Below are positions 1 to 11,720 of a stretch of 64,000 bases of DNA, piece after piece (the stretch's first letter is position 1; each line of letters opens with the position of its first letter). The notes under the pieces are model-generated. The model was not told where the DNA came from and did no database searches. It was given only the letters and a program-made list of their open reading frames with translations. Made by a program: the position numbers and the translations under genes. Source of the DNA: Camelus ferus (lineage: Eukaryota); the NCBI RefSeq assembly GCF_009834535.1, contig NC_045696.1, positions 58,220,001-58,284,000 of the forward strand, in the 5' to 3' direction.

Positions 1-560
1 AGGGAGATTAAGAGGTACAAACTTCTAGTTAAAAAGTAAATGAGTCACGGGTATGAAGTGTACAGGGGTAGGGAATACATACTCAATAGCTATGTAATAT
101 CTTTGTGTGGTGACAGATAGTAACTAGACTTACCAGGGTGATCACTTTGTAACATGCTGAAACATAGAATTGCTATCATGTGCATCAGGAACAACATAGT
201 GTTGAAGATCCATTATACTTCAAAAGTGAAAAAACTCATAGAAAAAGAGATTAGATTTGTGAGGCAGGGGGGAGGGGGAATTGGATGAAGGTAGTCAAAA
301 GATACAAACTTCCAATTATAAGATATGTAAGTACCAGGGATGCAATATACAACATGATAAATATAATGAACATTGCTGTATGTTACATGTGAAAGTTGTT
401 GAGAGTAAATCCTAAGTTCTCATCATAAGAAAAAAAATTTTCTACTTCTTTAATGTCTCTATATGAGATGATGGATGTTCACTAACCTTATTGTGGTGAC
501 TATTGCATGATGTATATGCTATAAGTCAATCATATCTCAATAAAAATGGAAGAAAAGTAT
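1..560 (+). mobile_element. L1 3'-end fragments (two adjacent pieces)
   Basis: L1 3'UTR motifs (gaggtacaaacttc..., ggtagtcaaaagatacaaacttcc..., catatctcaataaaaa). Confidence 0.75.
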
Positions 561-1199
561 ATGTGTCCACAATACCTCCTGTAACAGGTTACCATGAACT
601 CAGGGTAGCACTTCACATCTCTCCCTTTTTTACATGTATTTCTGCTACAGACAATGTAGCATTCTAAGTGGGGTGCTTGGACTCAAGTTGAGGTGCTCAG
701 AATTCAGATGTAGTGCAGAGCAGGGGAGCAGGAAGGATGATAATTGTGGTTTCAGAACCTCGCCTTTTCCATTCCCTAACTACCATCAGAGATCACCGAA
801 GTCCTGAGGGAGAGTTCCAAGAAAGCAAAGCAAGTTGAACAGCAGTGAGAAACGTCAGAGGTGGCAGGACCTTGTTTCTCCCACATGACGCGTGCACAGC
901 AAGGCTGCAGCCTTATCTAACTGTATCTGTCTTAGAATGTTCCAGCTTGCAGTAGAGCACGCTGCTTTGGAAGCTCATCCTCTCTGCCTCTTCTGCACTC
1001 TCAGCTGGAGGAAGAGCTTTGAGAATGTTTTTTTCCACCCAGCCCTCCGCGTGGGCCCCAGGGGCAAACTTGAGAACATTTCAAAAAGGAGAAGGAAGAG
1101 ATTTCCCAATGCACCTCAGACAGGTGAATAGTGCACTTCAAGTAAAGGAAACATTGTAAGAGCTAAGTTAGTATTTTATATTTTCTCAGACATTTATTC

Positions 1200-2330
1200 T
1201 CACTTTTTAACAGATTTACTGAGGTAGCATTGACATGCAGCTAGCCTCACATATTTGAAGTGTACCATACAAGTTTTAACACATGTACACACCCATGAAA
1301 CCATCACCACCCTCAGAATAAGTGAATTTACCTATCACCCCTTTTGACACCCTTCCCTCCACCTCCTCTGTCACCACACCCCATCCCTCGGCAAGCTGCC
1401 TCTGCCTTCTGCCACTATGGGTAAGTTTTCATTTTCTAGAATTGTGTGTAAGTGGAATAATGCAGTAGACAGTAGACAGATGCCCTTTCTTTTTGTCTAG
1501 CTTCTTTCACTCTGGCATAATAATTTTGATACTCATTCACGTTGCTGCAAGTAGCAATATTTTGCTCCTTTTTATTACTGTGTACATCCATTGTATGGTT
1601 ATACCACAATTTATTTATCTATTCACCTGGTTATGGGTATTTGAACTATGCCCAGTTTTGGACCCTTACAAATAAAAGTGCTATGAACATTTGTGTCTAA
1701 GTCTTTGTGTGAACATATACTTTCTTCTCCCTGGGGGAAATACCTAGGAGTGGAATGGCTGGATTATACAGTAAGTGCATGTTTAACTATTTAAGAAACT
1801 GCCAAACTGTTTTCCAAAGTAGTTTTTCCATTTTCCATTCTCACTAGCATGTAGGAGAGTTTCATTTTTTCCACATCTTCATCACACTTGGGATGATCAG
1901 CCTTTTCAACTTTAGCCATTTTAATAGTGCGTTATGGTATCTCCTTGTGGTTTAATTAGCATTTTTCTAATAGCAAATGATGTTGATCAATTTTCCACAT
2001 GTTAACTTGCCATTCATAAATCTTCTCTGGTGAAGAGTCTCTTCAAAACTTTTGCTCATTTATTATTAAGTTCTTTGTTGTCTTATATTTCATTTTGATA
2101 GTTCTCTGTATATTCTGGATTTGCCAGTATTTTCTCCTCACCTGTGGATTATCTTTTAACCCTTAACAGCATCTTTCAAAGAGAAGTATTTTTTATTTTT
2201 ATGAAGTACAATTTGTCAATATTTTCTTTTATAGATGGTGCTTCAGGTGTCATATCAGATCCTTGCCTACTCCAAGCTCATGAAGATATTCTTCTTAGAA
2301 AAGTTTTGTTGTTTTTATTAAATTTTGTCC
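1200..2330 (-). mobile_element. Old L1 (L1M-type) ORF2 end / 3'UTR fragment
   Basis: Antisense L1 motifs (tacctaggagtggaatggctgg, gaaactgccaaactgttttccaaag). Confidence 0.8.
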
Positions 2331-2339
2331 AAAGATTAC

Positions 2340-3250
2340 CAAATACCATAAATCCATATTCATCTTTTACTTGGGTGCCAGGCTTCTCATTATCTTTCCC
2401 AACTTCTCTGTAGTTTTTAATTCCCACCATAGATTCCAACGTCCACACTCCAGGAGGAGTGCACTATGGATTCTTCTGAAAATAACGCACTTGACAGCAA
2501 TCATTGATGCACACTTTGTCGTCTTAACACTCTCACTCTGTCTGCTGTTAATCGTCCTCATTCTAGTGATAAATAACATTTATTCTAAACTGCTGGTCTC
2601 TAAAATTTAACTTTACATTTTTGAGGTTTTGGGGGGAGGGGTGGGTAACTAGGTTTATTTATTTATTTGTTTTAATGGAGGTACTGGGGATTGAACCCTA
2701 GACTTTGTGCATGCTAAACACAAACTCTACCACTGATCTATATCTTCCCCTCACTTTATGTTTAATAATTGTCAAAATTCAAGTATCTCTGTGATGTTTG
2801 ATGTTAATAATAATCATAATACCTCAATACCAAATAATTTTTTAACTTATAGGAAATCTTTTAAATTAACATTTCAATTCACATATATATTTTAGTTGAG
2901 AGAAATATGATAGTGAGAACAATAAGAGACGTTCAAGAATAAAAATATATTACATTAGGATAAAATTCTGTTGGGGAAGTGGAATATATACAAAGAGTAA
3001 AAACAGTGTAAATTTTCCAACTGTTTCTTCCTGTTTTTTTTTTTTAATGCTATGCTTTTTAGATGCTATTAGTTACATTTAAAAGAATAGTTTTATTTTT
3101 AAATATTGCAATATGTCGGAAATGTCACCCTTTGCAGCTCTTTAAGCTATGAGGTAAAATTCTAGATGTCAACATAACAATTGTGAGGGTGTAACTAAAT
3201 TTTTCAAAATGCTTTCAGAAAGCATGTGGTTAAAAGAAAAAAGGAACACT
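2340..3250. mobile_element. Probable hAT-Charlie DNA transposon fossil, interrupted by a SINE
   Basis: AT-rich; the right end resembles a recalled Charlie terminus (tttttcaaaat...aaaa...cact). Confidence 0.3.
2625..2750 (-). mobile_element. tRNA-derived SINE (camelid Vic-1-like)
   Basis: Reverse-complement A/B boxes, (TAAA)n-ACCTA tail. Confidence 0.85.
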
Positions 3251-3469
3251 ACTACTACTACTGAAAGTAGCCACCGCGCTCCCTTCCGTAAAAGAACCAG
3301 CGGTGGCCGCCTGGTGCTGGTGAGGACTGGGCATGCTCCTGGAAGCAGGGGGATAACACGCTCAGGAAGTGCATTTACATCAGCACTTGGACTGACTGGT
3401 CCCGGATATGGTGCACATGGCAAACATGGACGTATCAAACTCTTCTTTTCTCTGAAAGGGATTTAAGGG

Positions 3470-3920
3470 TAAAGATCACAGGCACAGACAATCTTGCACC
3501 CTGTGGGTGGAGAATCTCCTCGGCAGGGTACTTGGGAGGATGGAGGAGGTGGAAGAGAACACGGGCCAGGAGAGTTCTGAGCCGCACCCACATGTCCACG
3601 AGAGGGTGTGCTCCTCCAGATACGAGAATCACAATTACTCTAGCTATAGTCACAAGGTCATAGGATTGGTTATATGGACTGGAGCCAGGAAAGCCAGCCT
3701 TCCCTCACAGTCCCTCAGCCAGCCCAGTAGCGTGTCTGCTCCTTTCTTCCATTGCTACTGGCCAATCTTCTCTTCATTCTTCAGCCCAGATCCCACAGAA
3801 GACAATCTGATTGGTTTAGCTCATTTTCCTCTGGGCTGTAGACAGAATCCTTCATACCAGGCCACTCGATGGCAGGTGGACCCAATCAGTGGCCATCCTT
3901 GTGTAAAGACCAGCCCAAGA
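3470..3920. mobile_element. Possible MaLR/ERVL LTR remnant
   Basis: Motif gacaatctgattggtttagctc resembles recalled MLT1 elements. Confidence 0.3.
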
Positions 3921-3921
3921 T

Positions 3922-4039
3922 GGGGGAGAGGGTATAGCTCAGTGGTAGAGTTCATGCCTAGCATGCATGAGGTCCTGGATTCAATCCCAGCATGTCCACC
4001 AAAAAAATTAATGTAATTACCCCCTACCCCCAAAAAAAG
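3922..4039 (+). mobile_element. tRNA-derived SINE (Vic-1-like) with target-site duplication
   Basis: A box tagctcagtgg, B box gattcaatccc; flanks aaagaccagcccaagat / aaagaccagcctaacat. Confidence 0.9.
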
Positions 4040-5080
4040 ACCAGCCTAACATTGCTTGTCTCTTGGGAAGAGGACTGGAGTCAGGGTGGGACTGTTTCAG
4101 AGACTCAGGAATAATGGACTTGAAAGGTCTCAATCATTTGAGCATTGTTCCCTGGGACTGAGATTGAACTGTGGTCTTCCCAATGCTTGCTTGTCCCAAG
4201 CCCCTCCCACAAGTCAAGTAAAAATTACAGCCTTTATGTCACTACTAGGATCATGGTCCTATACAGACATTAAAATGAAAATTAAGAGAACATAGGAACT
4301 CTTTACATTGAAAAAGATGCTCCCCCCCAAAAAAAACAGGGGGGAAAAAGATGCTTTAAGCAGCAGGAGGGACCCCACTCCTTGCCCAGATGAATGTACC
4401 AGGAGTGGAGGGTCAGGAGGGAGCCAAGGGAATTCCAGGAACCTCAGACTTTTTCCTGACTCTTGAAAATCAAGAAAGGGGTAGAACAAAAGAGGGTCGT
4501 AGTGTCCCAGGCAGCTTTGATGTAGAGGGCTTTGGGAATCTCTCTGCCCAAAATGTCTGTCTCACTCTCCAAGTATAGTTCCTAAAAGTCCCAGCCTTAC
4601 TTAATTCCTTGGTGTGAGGCCTTGAAAGCCTTAATTATAATGCACTATCCACCAGTCACACTGGAGCTGGATTCTGTTTACCCAGTTAGTACTTAAGAGG
4701 GACCCAGAAAACCTAGGACATTGGGCAGACAAGTTTGGATAGCAAAAGAAGAACAGGTATGATGGGGCCCTTAAAGGGGTCTGACCAGGTGCCTGGGGGA
4801 CTGGGACTGTGGGTAGGGGGAGAGAAGGGAGCTCCTTGGAGATGGAGGAACACCAATAACCTTGACTGATTCTCTCTCCCCCAGAATAAGCCCCACCACT
4901 AAAACTGGAGAATTGCCTCTAAAAGAGAGAGACATAAAACTAGAAGGTGTAAAGTGATGTTCCACAATAAGTTGGACAATCTATCAAATTACTCATGGAG
5001 CAATTATATTTTTAGGACTTCATTCTGCCATTATAGTTGTACACTTACAAGGATGGTTTTTGCAACACTGATTGTAACAG

Positions 5081-5583
5081 TGTTGCAGCAAAGTGTGTTA
5101 TAGCTCAGTGTTACAGTTCAGTGTTACAGCTCAGTTGTGACAGCAACCTAGATATGGGTGAGAGACAAAGCAACACTCAGAGAGTTGCAGAACTCAGGTT
5201 TATTACACCAGTGGGCCCAGAGGAGTTAACACTCCAAGCTCTGGACCCCGTCTGTAGGTTTACACAGGTTTTTATAGGCTACCAGTCTAGACTTTGCAAC
5301 ATTTTGCAACATCATATGCAAATAAGGTATAACAAAGGTGACTAATTAGGAACAAGCTTTGTAGAAATGGACCAATCAGGAGTGAGGGAAATGGACCAAT
5401 CAGGAGTTAGCTCAGGGAACCAATAGAATCTTAGGGATAAGTTCCGCTTTTCTAGAAGTAAGCAGTTTCAGAGTTTAAAAAGCGAGATAATGCTGCAGGG
5501 CCAGGGAACAGAATGGTGCTGGCAGAAGGGTAGTGGCCCTGCCTGGGGGTCCTGCTGTCTTTTTCATGGGGCTTCCCACATCA
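5081..5583 (-). mobile_element. Solo ERV1-class LTR (503 bp)
   Basis: TG...CA termini; 4-bp TSD ACAG (5077-5080, 5584-5587); minus-strand TATAAAAA (5276-5269) and AATAAA (5204-5199); three CCAAT boxes. Confidence 0.85.
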
Positions 5584-5899
5584 ACAGAAGACTGGAAGTA
5601 TCCTAAAAGTCCATCACTAGGGATTTGGTTAAATAAATGGTGGTACAATAGTTAGGAAAAAAAGATAGCCGTGGAACACTCTGCAGGAGGGTTGGTAAAT
5701 GGACAGCCTTGTGCTGAGCAGTGTGTGCCAGCAGGCTTATACGTTCCTCTGGACCGCACACTGGGGCAAGTGCTAAAATCAATATTGGGTTATAGCTGAA
5801 GCCAAAGCCAGATATCACCTTCTCAAAAAAAAAAAAAAAAAGAAAAAGAAAAAGAAAAAGAAAAAAGAAATCATTTGGGATGCAAGAATTAATCTGAAA

Positions 5900-6860
5900 C
5901 CTCATTCTCCAAAAAAAGAATTATTCTTATAATTTTGCTATTAAAATTGTTAATCGTCAAATTTTAAATTTGACATTACTGTGGTCAGCTGCAATTTTGT
6001 GATGCTAAGTAGATGCTCGCTCCACTGAGAACAGTAGAGAAGCCTGATTTTTTTTGATACTACATTTTCCTGGATTTTTTTTTTCTTTTCTCCACTCCTT
6101 TTATGTTCTTTATTATGTCTAGATTAAAGGTGACTTATCATGGATATTATACATGGTTTGGTAATTTTTTCTGCTTATGAAATGAAGTAGAAAAACTGAC
6201 ATTCTTTTTTAAAAATCCATTTTCATAAGATGTGAATTCCCAAATAGAATTTATTCTTGAAAAACTTATAACCTAAATGAAATTAAATACCAAAAATTAA
6301 ACATATTGATTAAAAGTTATTTTGTTTAACATAACGAATGGTAGACACCAAGCCAGTTGGCAAATATTAGAATTATGATTTAATCAAATCTATCTTATTC
6401 TGCCCTGTATTATTTAAAATTAACATTTATTATCTCTCAAAGACTATTATGTTCTTAAAGTTTTCTAGCTAACATTCTCTCTCAAAATTCAACTCTCAAC
6501 CTTGCTCCCTATTTATTTGCTAAAGTGCTTCATTGTGTTTGAACATAAAATTAGCAGCTTTCACAATTATCATTAAGTAGTGGGGCGTTTTACTCTTGCA
6601 ATACTGAACATACATATATAGTTCCACTGACTGATAGAATTTTAAAATATGAAAAAAAAAGAATTTTAACATATGAAGCATCAAGAGATTTTCACCTCAA
6701 GATTCATCTAGACATTTAGAGTGAGTGTCATCTAGTAACAAAGAATCTAAATGGCGTGCCCTGTGCCTGCCACTGGAGTTAACAAGCTGATCTGATGTAA
6801 TGGTAACTCACGTAACCATTGCTGTGGCTCAGGCACAAGCTCAGGGGTGCTGTAAATGAT
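5900..6860 (-). mobile_element. Possible hAT transposase fossil
   Basis: AT-rich; the minus-strand fragment KRKKNPGK resembles the hAT RKKKxPGE motif, but it is heavily decayed. Confidence 0.25.
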
Positions 6861-7050
6861 GAAGTACACATTCAGCGGTGTAGACTTCCAAAAGCTGAGG
6901 CTGAAGGCCAGTTCTCAGCTATTTGGCTGAATATCAAGATCAAAGCCAAAGTGTCATGAATTCTATGTATCTATACATAAGCACACATTATATGCATGGT
7001 ATCCATTGTCCAAGGGGAACTTGGGGCCCAGGAATCAAGAATGAGAGACT

Positions 7051-7146
7051 TGGAGAGGAGGGTATACCTCCATGGCACAGTGTGTGCTTAGCATGCTTGA
7101 GGTCCTGGGTTCAATCCCCAGGACCTCCATTGAAAAAAAGAAAAAA
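7051..7146 (+). mobile_element. tRNA-derived SINE (Vic-1-like, short form) with TSD
   Basis: B box ggttcaatccc, A tail; flanks aagaatgagagact / aagaatgggagact. Confidence 0.85.
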
Positions 7147-8719
7147 GAATGGGAGACTCTGAGAAAGACATTTTCCCAGGCTCCTGCGTGAGGACAGTGG
7201 ATTTAGGGTGCCTGGTGTCCCCAGAAGATGACCAAGCGCTGAGTAGCACAGACACTGAGACAAGTTACAGGTGGCAGAGTCAGGCCCGGAGCAACCCCAG
7301 AGCGCTGGGCTGGTGTCAAAGAGGAAAAAGCACCATGTGCAAGATGTTTCCCCGAAGCTCTGGGAATCACAGAACTTGGTAGGGACCCTAGGCCCAACCC
7401 TGACATTACGTAGGCCAGGAAACTGAAACCCAATGAGGGAAGAGATTTGCTGAGGTCACGCAGCTGGTGAGCGGTGACCTAGAGACAGAGCCCTTGACAG
7501 TTGGTCCAACATCCATTCTCCCACACGGCGCATGTGCAGCATGGCTACGAGGAGCAGGCGCCTGCCCGCTGCCGCCTGTCAGAGCAAGTTTGGTCAATAT
7601 CCTCCGTCCCCGGGCTAGCACTGTATGTACCTAGTCAGACGAAATTTTAATTGTGAATATAGAGGCTTGAATTGTGCTGTATGGCTTTGGAATCCAGCAT
7701 CTAGTCAGGGAAGGCCAGATCCTCACCCAGGTATGATGCCTCCTGCCAGCAGCATCTGCCTGACCGTGTAGGGAGTTGACCTCTTTGTATCATTAATGCA
7801 CTCCTAACCTTGGATGCTTCAAGGTTATATTTGACCTACTCAGGGACTGGGCTGTGCAGCAAGGGTCCCCTGTACTCTGGGTCCCAATAACTGTCCACCA
7901 CATGGCCAGTGTCTGCTACCAGAGGGAGGAGCCCCCGTCTTTGTTTCTTACCTAAACCTCACTTGCCCTGACAGGTAGAAGGGGGCCAACACTATTTCTT
8001 CCTCCCGGACAAATGGACCTCTCAACCCACACTCTGTTCTTTTTCTCCCTTCAAGACACACACTTCCTCTGGAGTGCCTAACGATGTGAGCTCCCCTAAG
8101 TCAAGTCCCAAACCAATAGTTCCCCAGTCTGGACCCTGTCTACCTTGTTTAGAGTAGCAGTTGCCATGCAGCACGTGCGGAAGGAGAGAAATGTGTCCCC
8201 TAAAACCTACATCCCTGAGATTCATGGTGGTGACAGTGAGAAGACATTACCTCAAGGTCATTCAAGCAAAATCAGTGTGATTTTCATTTTAAAATATCAG
8301 TAGTTCTATGTAAAAAATTCAAACATCTGTGTATCAAAACAGGGCATAGGATCAATTAGGGAACTATTTACATCTTAAAAAAATTTTAAACCTTTTTATT
8401 GTTGAATTTTTCAAACATACACAAAAGTAGAGAAAATAATGTGATAAAATCCAATGTAACTGGTTCTACCAATTTTCTTCATTATATTTACCTTTTTTTT
8501 TTTTACCAAGGATTAATATCTCTTCTATATAAGAGTATCTATAAAGCAATAGGGAAAAGATGACCATCTGAGAGAAAAGGGACAAAATATTCCCCCTAAA
8601 AAGAAGAAATGCAACTGGCCATTACACCTATGGGGAGCAAAGGGCCACTCAGTAAATATTTAGGAAAGAACATTTAAACAATTATGCTTTTTTAAAAAAA
8701 AAATTATCAAGCTGATAAG

Positions 8720-8930
8720 AAGGCCATGGGCTGCCTGGGTTGAAATTCTGACTCTCTCACTGACATGACTTTGAGCAAGTTATTCAAATTTATTAAACCC
8801 CAGTTTCCTCATCTCTAAAATGGGCATGACAATAGTATGTTCCTTTTGGGATTATTGTGAGAACTGAATAGGATCAATGCCTAGCACTTGGCACGTTGCT
8901 TGGAGGTGACAGCGCTTGTAAGAGTTAGCT
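8720..8930 (+). mobile_element. MIR SINE
   Basis: Core cagtttcctcatctctaaaatggg. Confidence 0.8.
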
Positions 8931-10146
8931 CTTAGGGCTAGTGATAATGCAGTGAGAACGCACTGCTGGTGGGTGTGGACTCCCATCAGCAAGCCACTTG
9001 GCCACAGAAGTTAAGGGCCTTCACTTCTGGGATTTATCCTAAGGACGTAGTCAGAGATATGGATTAGAAGGTCCGTAATAGTATTCTTTGGTAAGAAAAA
9101 TTTGAAACAAATCGGAGTGGTTTAAATCAATCATGATTAATTTATGTACTAGACTGATACATTTATAAAATTGAGTAGAATACATTTATGCAATAGGCTA
9201 GATAAATCTGTGTAACGGAAATCGAGTTTATATAATGGAATGTTTTAGGTCAGGATTTGTCAACCATGATGCAAACTTTTGCAAAGTAAATCTTCCTCAG
9301 TGGTATAAACAATGACATAAAAATTGAACTTTCTTGAAGCAGTGGGGGCGGGGTGCAGTTATCTGTGGAGCTGTGCGAACAAGGCCCTCTCTCCGGGCCC
9401 TGCCCCACTTCTAGGACAGCGCTGGAAGGGGTCCTATGGCTCAGAGAAGAATTTTTAACAACGTGGGGAAATAGGGATAGAATATTGTGTGTTAAAATCA
9501 TAATAAAAACCACATACCTGGTATGTCTTAATTTTGTAAAATGCTCTCAAATGCACACATAGCTGTAGAAAAAGGCCTGGAAGAGAAAAACACTGAAATC
9601 ATGAAGGCTATCTCCTGATTGGATTTTAGGGCATTTCTATTTTCTTCTCATAATTTTTTGGGTTTCACTTTGCAAAATTTCTTAATTAATATGTACCATA
9701 GTTATAATCAATAAAAAATCCTTTAAAAGAAGTTTTTTATTCCTTTCTTTTCCAATATTCAACCCAACATTCAGCTGGCACCAAAAGCTCAAAGGTCTGT
9801 CCCTCTGATGATGTCCCCTCTGATAAAAAATTAACATATCTGTATTGAAGTCATGCTTCAGTCCATATGTAGTGTTTTAATTATTATGATTACACAAATA
9901 TCCTGATTTCACACTTTCCTTTTTTGTATGCTCTTTTGTTTGTCTTGGTGTTAATCATTATCTCATTTTTGGAGGGAGGGAGGCAGCTGTGACAGGGATG
10001 GGACAGAGGAAAGGGATCCAGGGTGTTGGTCAAAGTTCTTTTTGGCCTGGGTGGTTGTTGCAGAGGTGTTTGCTCTTTATTCACTAAGTAATAATGTTGT
10101 GCGGTTTTTCTATACCTGTGTTATTAATATGAAAAAAAAGTTCAAT

Positions 10147-10290
10147 GGGAGAGGGTATAGCCCAGTGGCAGAGTGCATGCTTAGCACGCATGAGGTCCTG
10201 GGTTCAATCCCTAGTATTGTCACCAAAATAATAATAATAATAAATAAATAAACCTAATTACCTCCCCCCTAAATAACTTTTAAAAGAAAT
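10147..10290 (+). mobile_element. tRNA-derived SINE (Vic-1-like)
   Basis: A/B boxes, (TAA)n(TAAA)n-cctaattacctcccc tail. Confidence 0.9.
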
Positions 10291-10329
10291 TTAAATAAAT
10301 CACACAGCAAGAACCAAAAACTGACCTTT

Positions 10330-11720
10330 TTTTTTGCTTAGTTTCCTTTAAACTCAAATTTAAGTCTTTCTCCACCACCCCAACAGTTTTATAAACTAAA
10401 TCTTCATACAATTTTCCATTAAAACCTCCAGATAATCCACCTGTTCACATCTTCCCTGGGTCCCTCTGGGTGCACACTGTCTTCCCAGGCTAATCTGGAC
10501 TGTTGCTCCCCAGGCCTGGCACATTGCTGTCAGCCTGACGTCTCTCCCCAGGCCCCTCCTGCGTTTGACTCTTAAAGGGTGATATTTTTTAACGTCATGT
10601 TATGTGCCTCAGGGTAAATCTTTTTCATCAAGGTGCTGGGTACTGGGTGGGCTGTTGAATCTGGAGATCTTCTTTGGTTCCAGCAAATTTTCCTGTATTC
10701 CTTCTTAGATAAGTTCCTCCTCTGAATTTTCCAACAGGCTGTTAGAACTCCTGGATTGGTCCTCTAATTTTCTTATCTTTTCTCTCCCATTTTCCATCTC
10801 TTTGTCTTTTTGTTCAACTTTCAGGGAAATTTTATCTTTAAACCCTTTTACTACTTTTTTTTTCCTGCTGTCATATTTTCTAATTTTGAAGAGCTTTAAT
10901 TTGTCTTTTTTACTGCATCTTGTTCTTTTTTCATGAATGCAATATCTTCACATTTTTCTGAAGAACTGTCATATCTTTGCGATGTTCTTTCTGTTTTCTC
11001 TATTTTCATTGAGTTCCTCTGTATCTGTGTGCTTGTTTTGGTCTTTCTTTCATGTTGGAGCTTTTTCTCTGATGTCTGTGACCCTTATCTGCCCATTCTT
11101 ATTCTTATTTCTTATTTAATAGTGAGGCACTAGACACTGACTGCAAACTCTGTGTACTCTGTATAACTGCTGCATGAAGGACCAGCTGGTTATTCTTTTA
11201 GGATTTTGGGCTTGATTTGCTCCTTCAAAGAATCATCTGCTAATCTCTTACCTGGGAGAAGAGGAAGGGGGAGAAACTGGGTGCCAGAACCTTGGAGTTA
11301 GCTGGAAAAGGAAACTTCTGCATTCCAGTAATAGTCATAGTCCTTTAACCTCCTAGCTGTCCCAACAGCCCCTCACCACACACCCACGTCTGTGCCTGGT
11401 ATTCTCATGTTCGGGGCCTCTCTGGTTCAGTATCTCAAGGGAACATACTTATCATCCTCTGTGGAGACAGAGGAGTGGTGATTCAGCCGTAAGGGTTGAG
11501 AGTGAAAACAAACTTGAGGGGCTAGCTGAAGCTTCCACACAGATTTCCAACCAATCCCTGTCTTTTCAGGCTCCACCTTCCCTGATACTGTATTCCTCCA
11601 ACTTCTGATTCTTTCTCAGATTGGGTGCTCAGGTTTGACCCACATCCACTCTACTAGATGACTGCTATTCCTCCATCTGCTTTCTGTCTTCACACATTAT
11701 GATCTAGGATTACAGATGCA
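10330..11720 (-). mobile_element. Ancient L1 (L1ME-like) remnant
   Basis: T-rich decayed L1 with motifs shared with 36200-37260 (gttagaactcctggattggtcctctaattttc). Confidence 0.5.

Noticed and set aside
3169..4016. ORFs of 85-169 aa in the 3' flank
   Set aside because: They overlap LTR-like and SINE sequence, with no splice structure or homology I recognise.
3922..4039. tRNA-like sequence (also 2625, 7051, 10147, 46703)
   Set aside because: SINE tails, TSDs and a degenerate acceptor stem mark these as SINEs, not tRNA genes.
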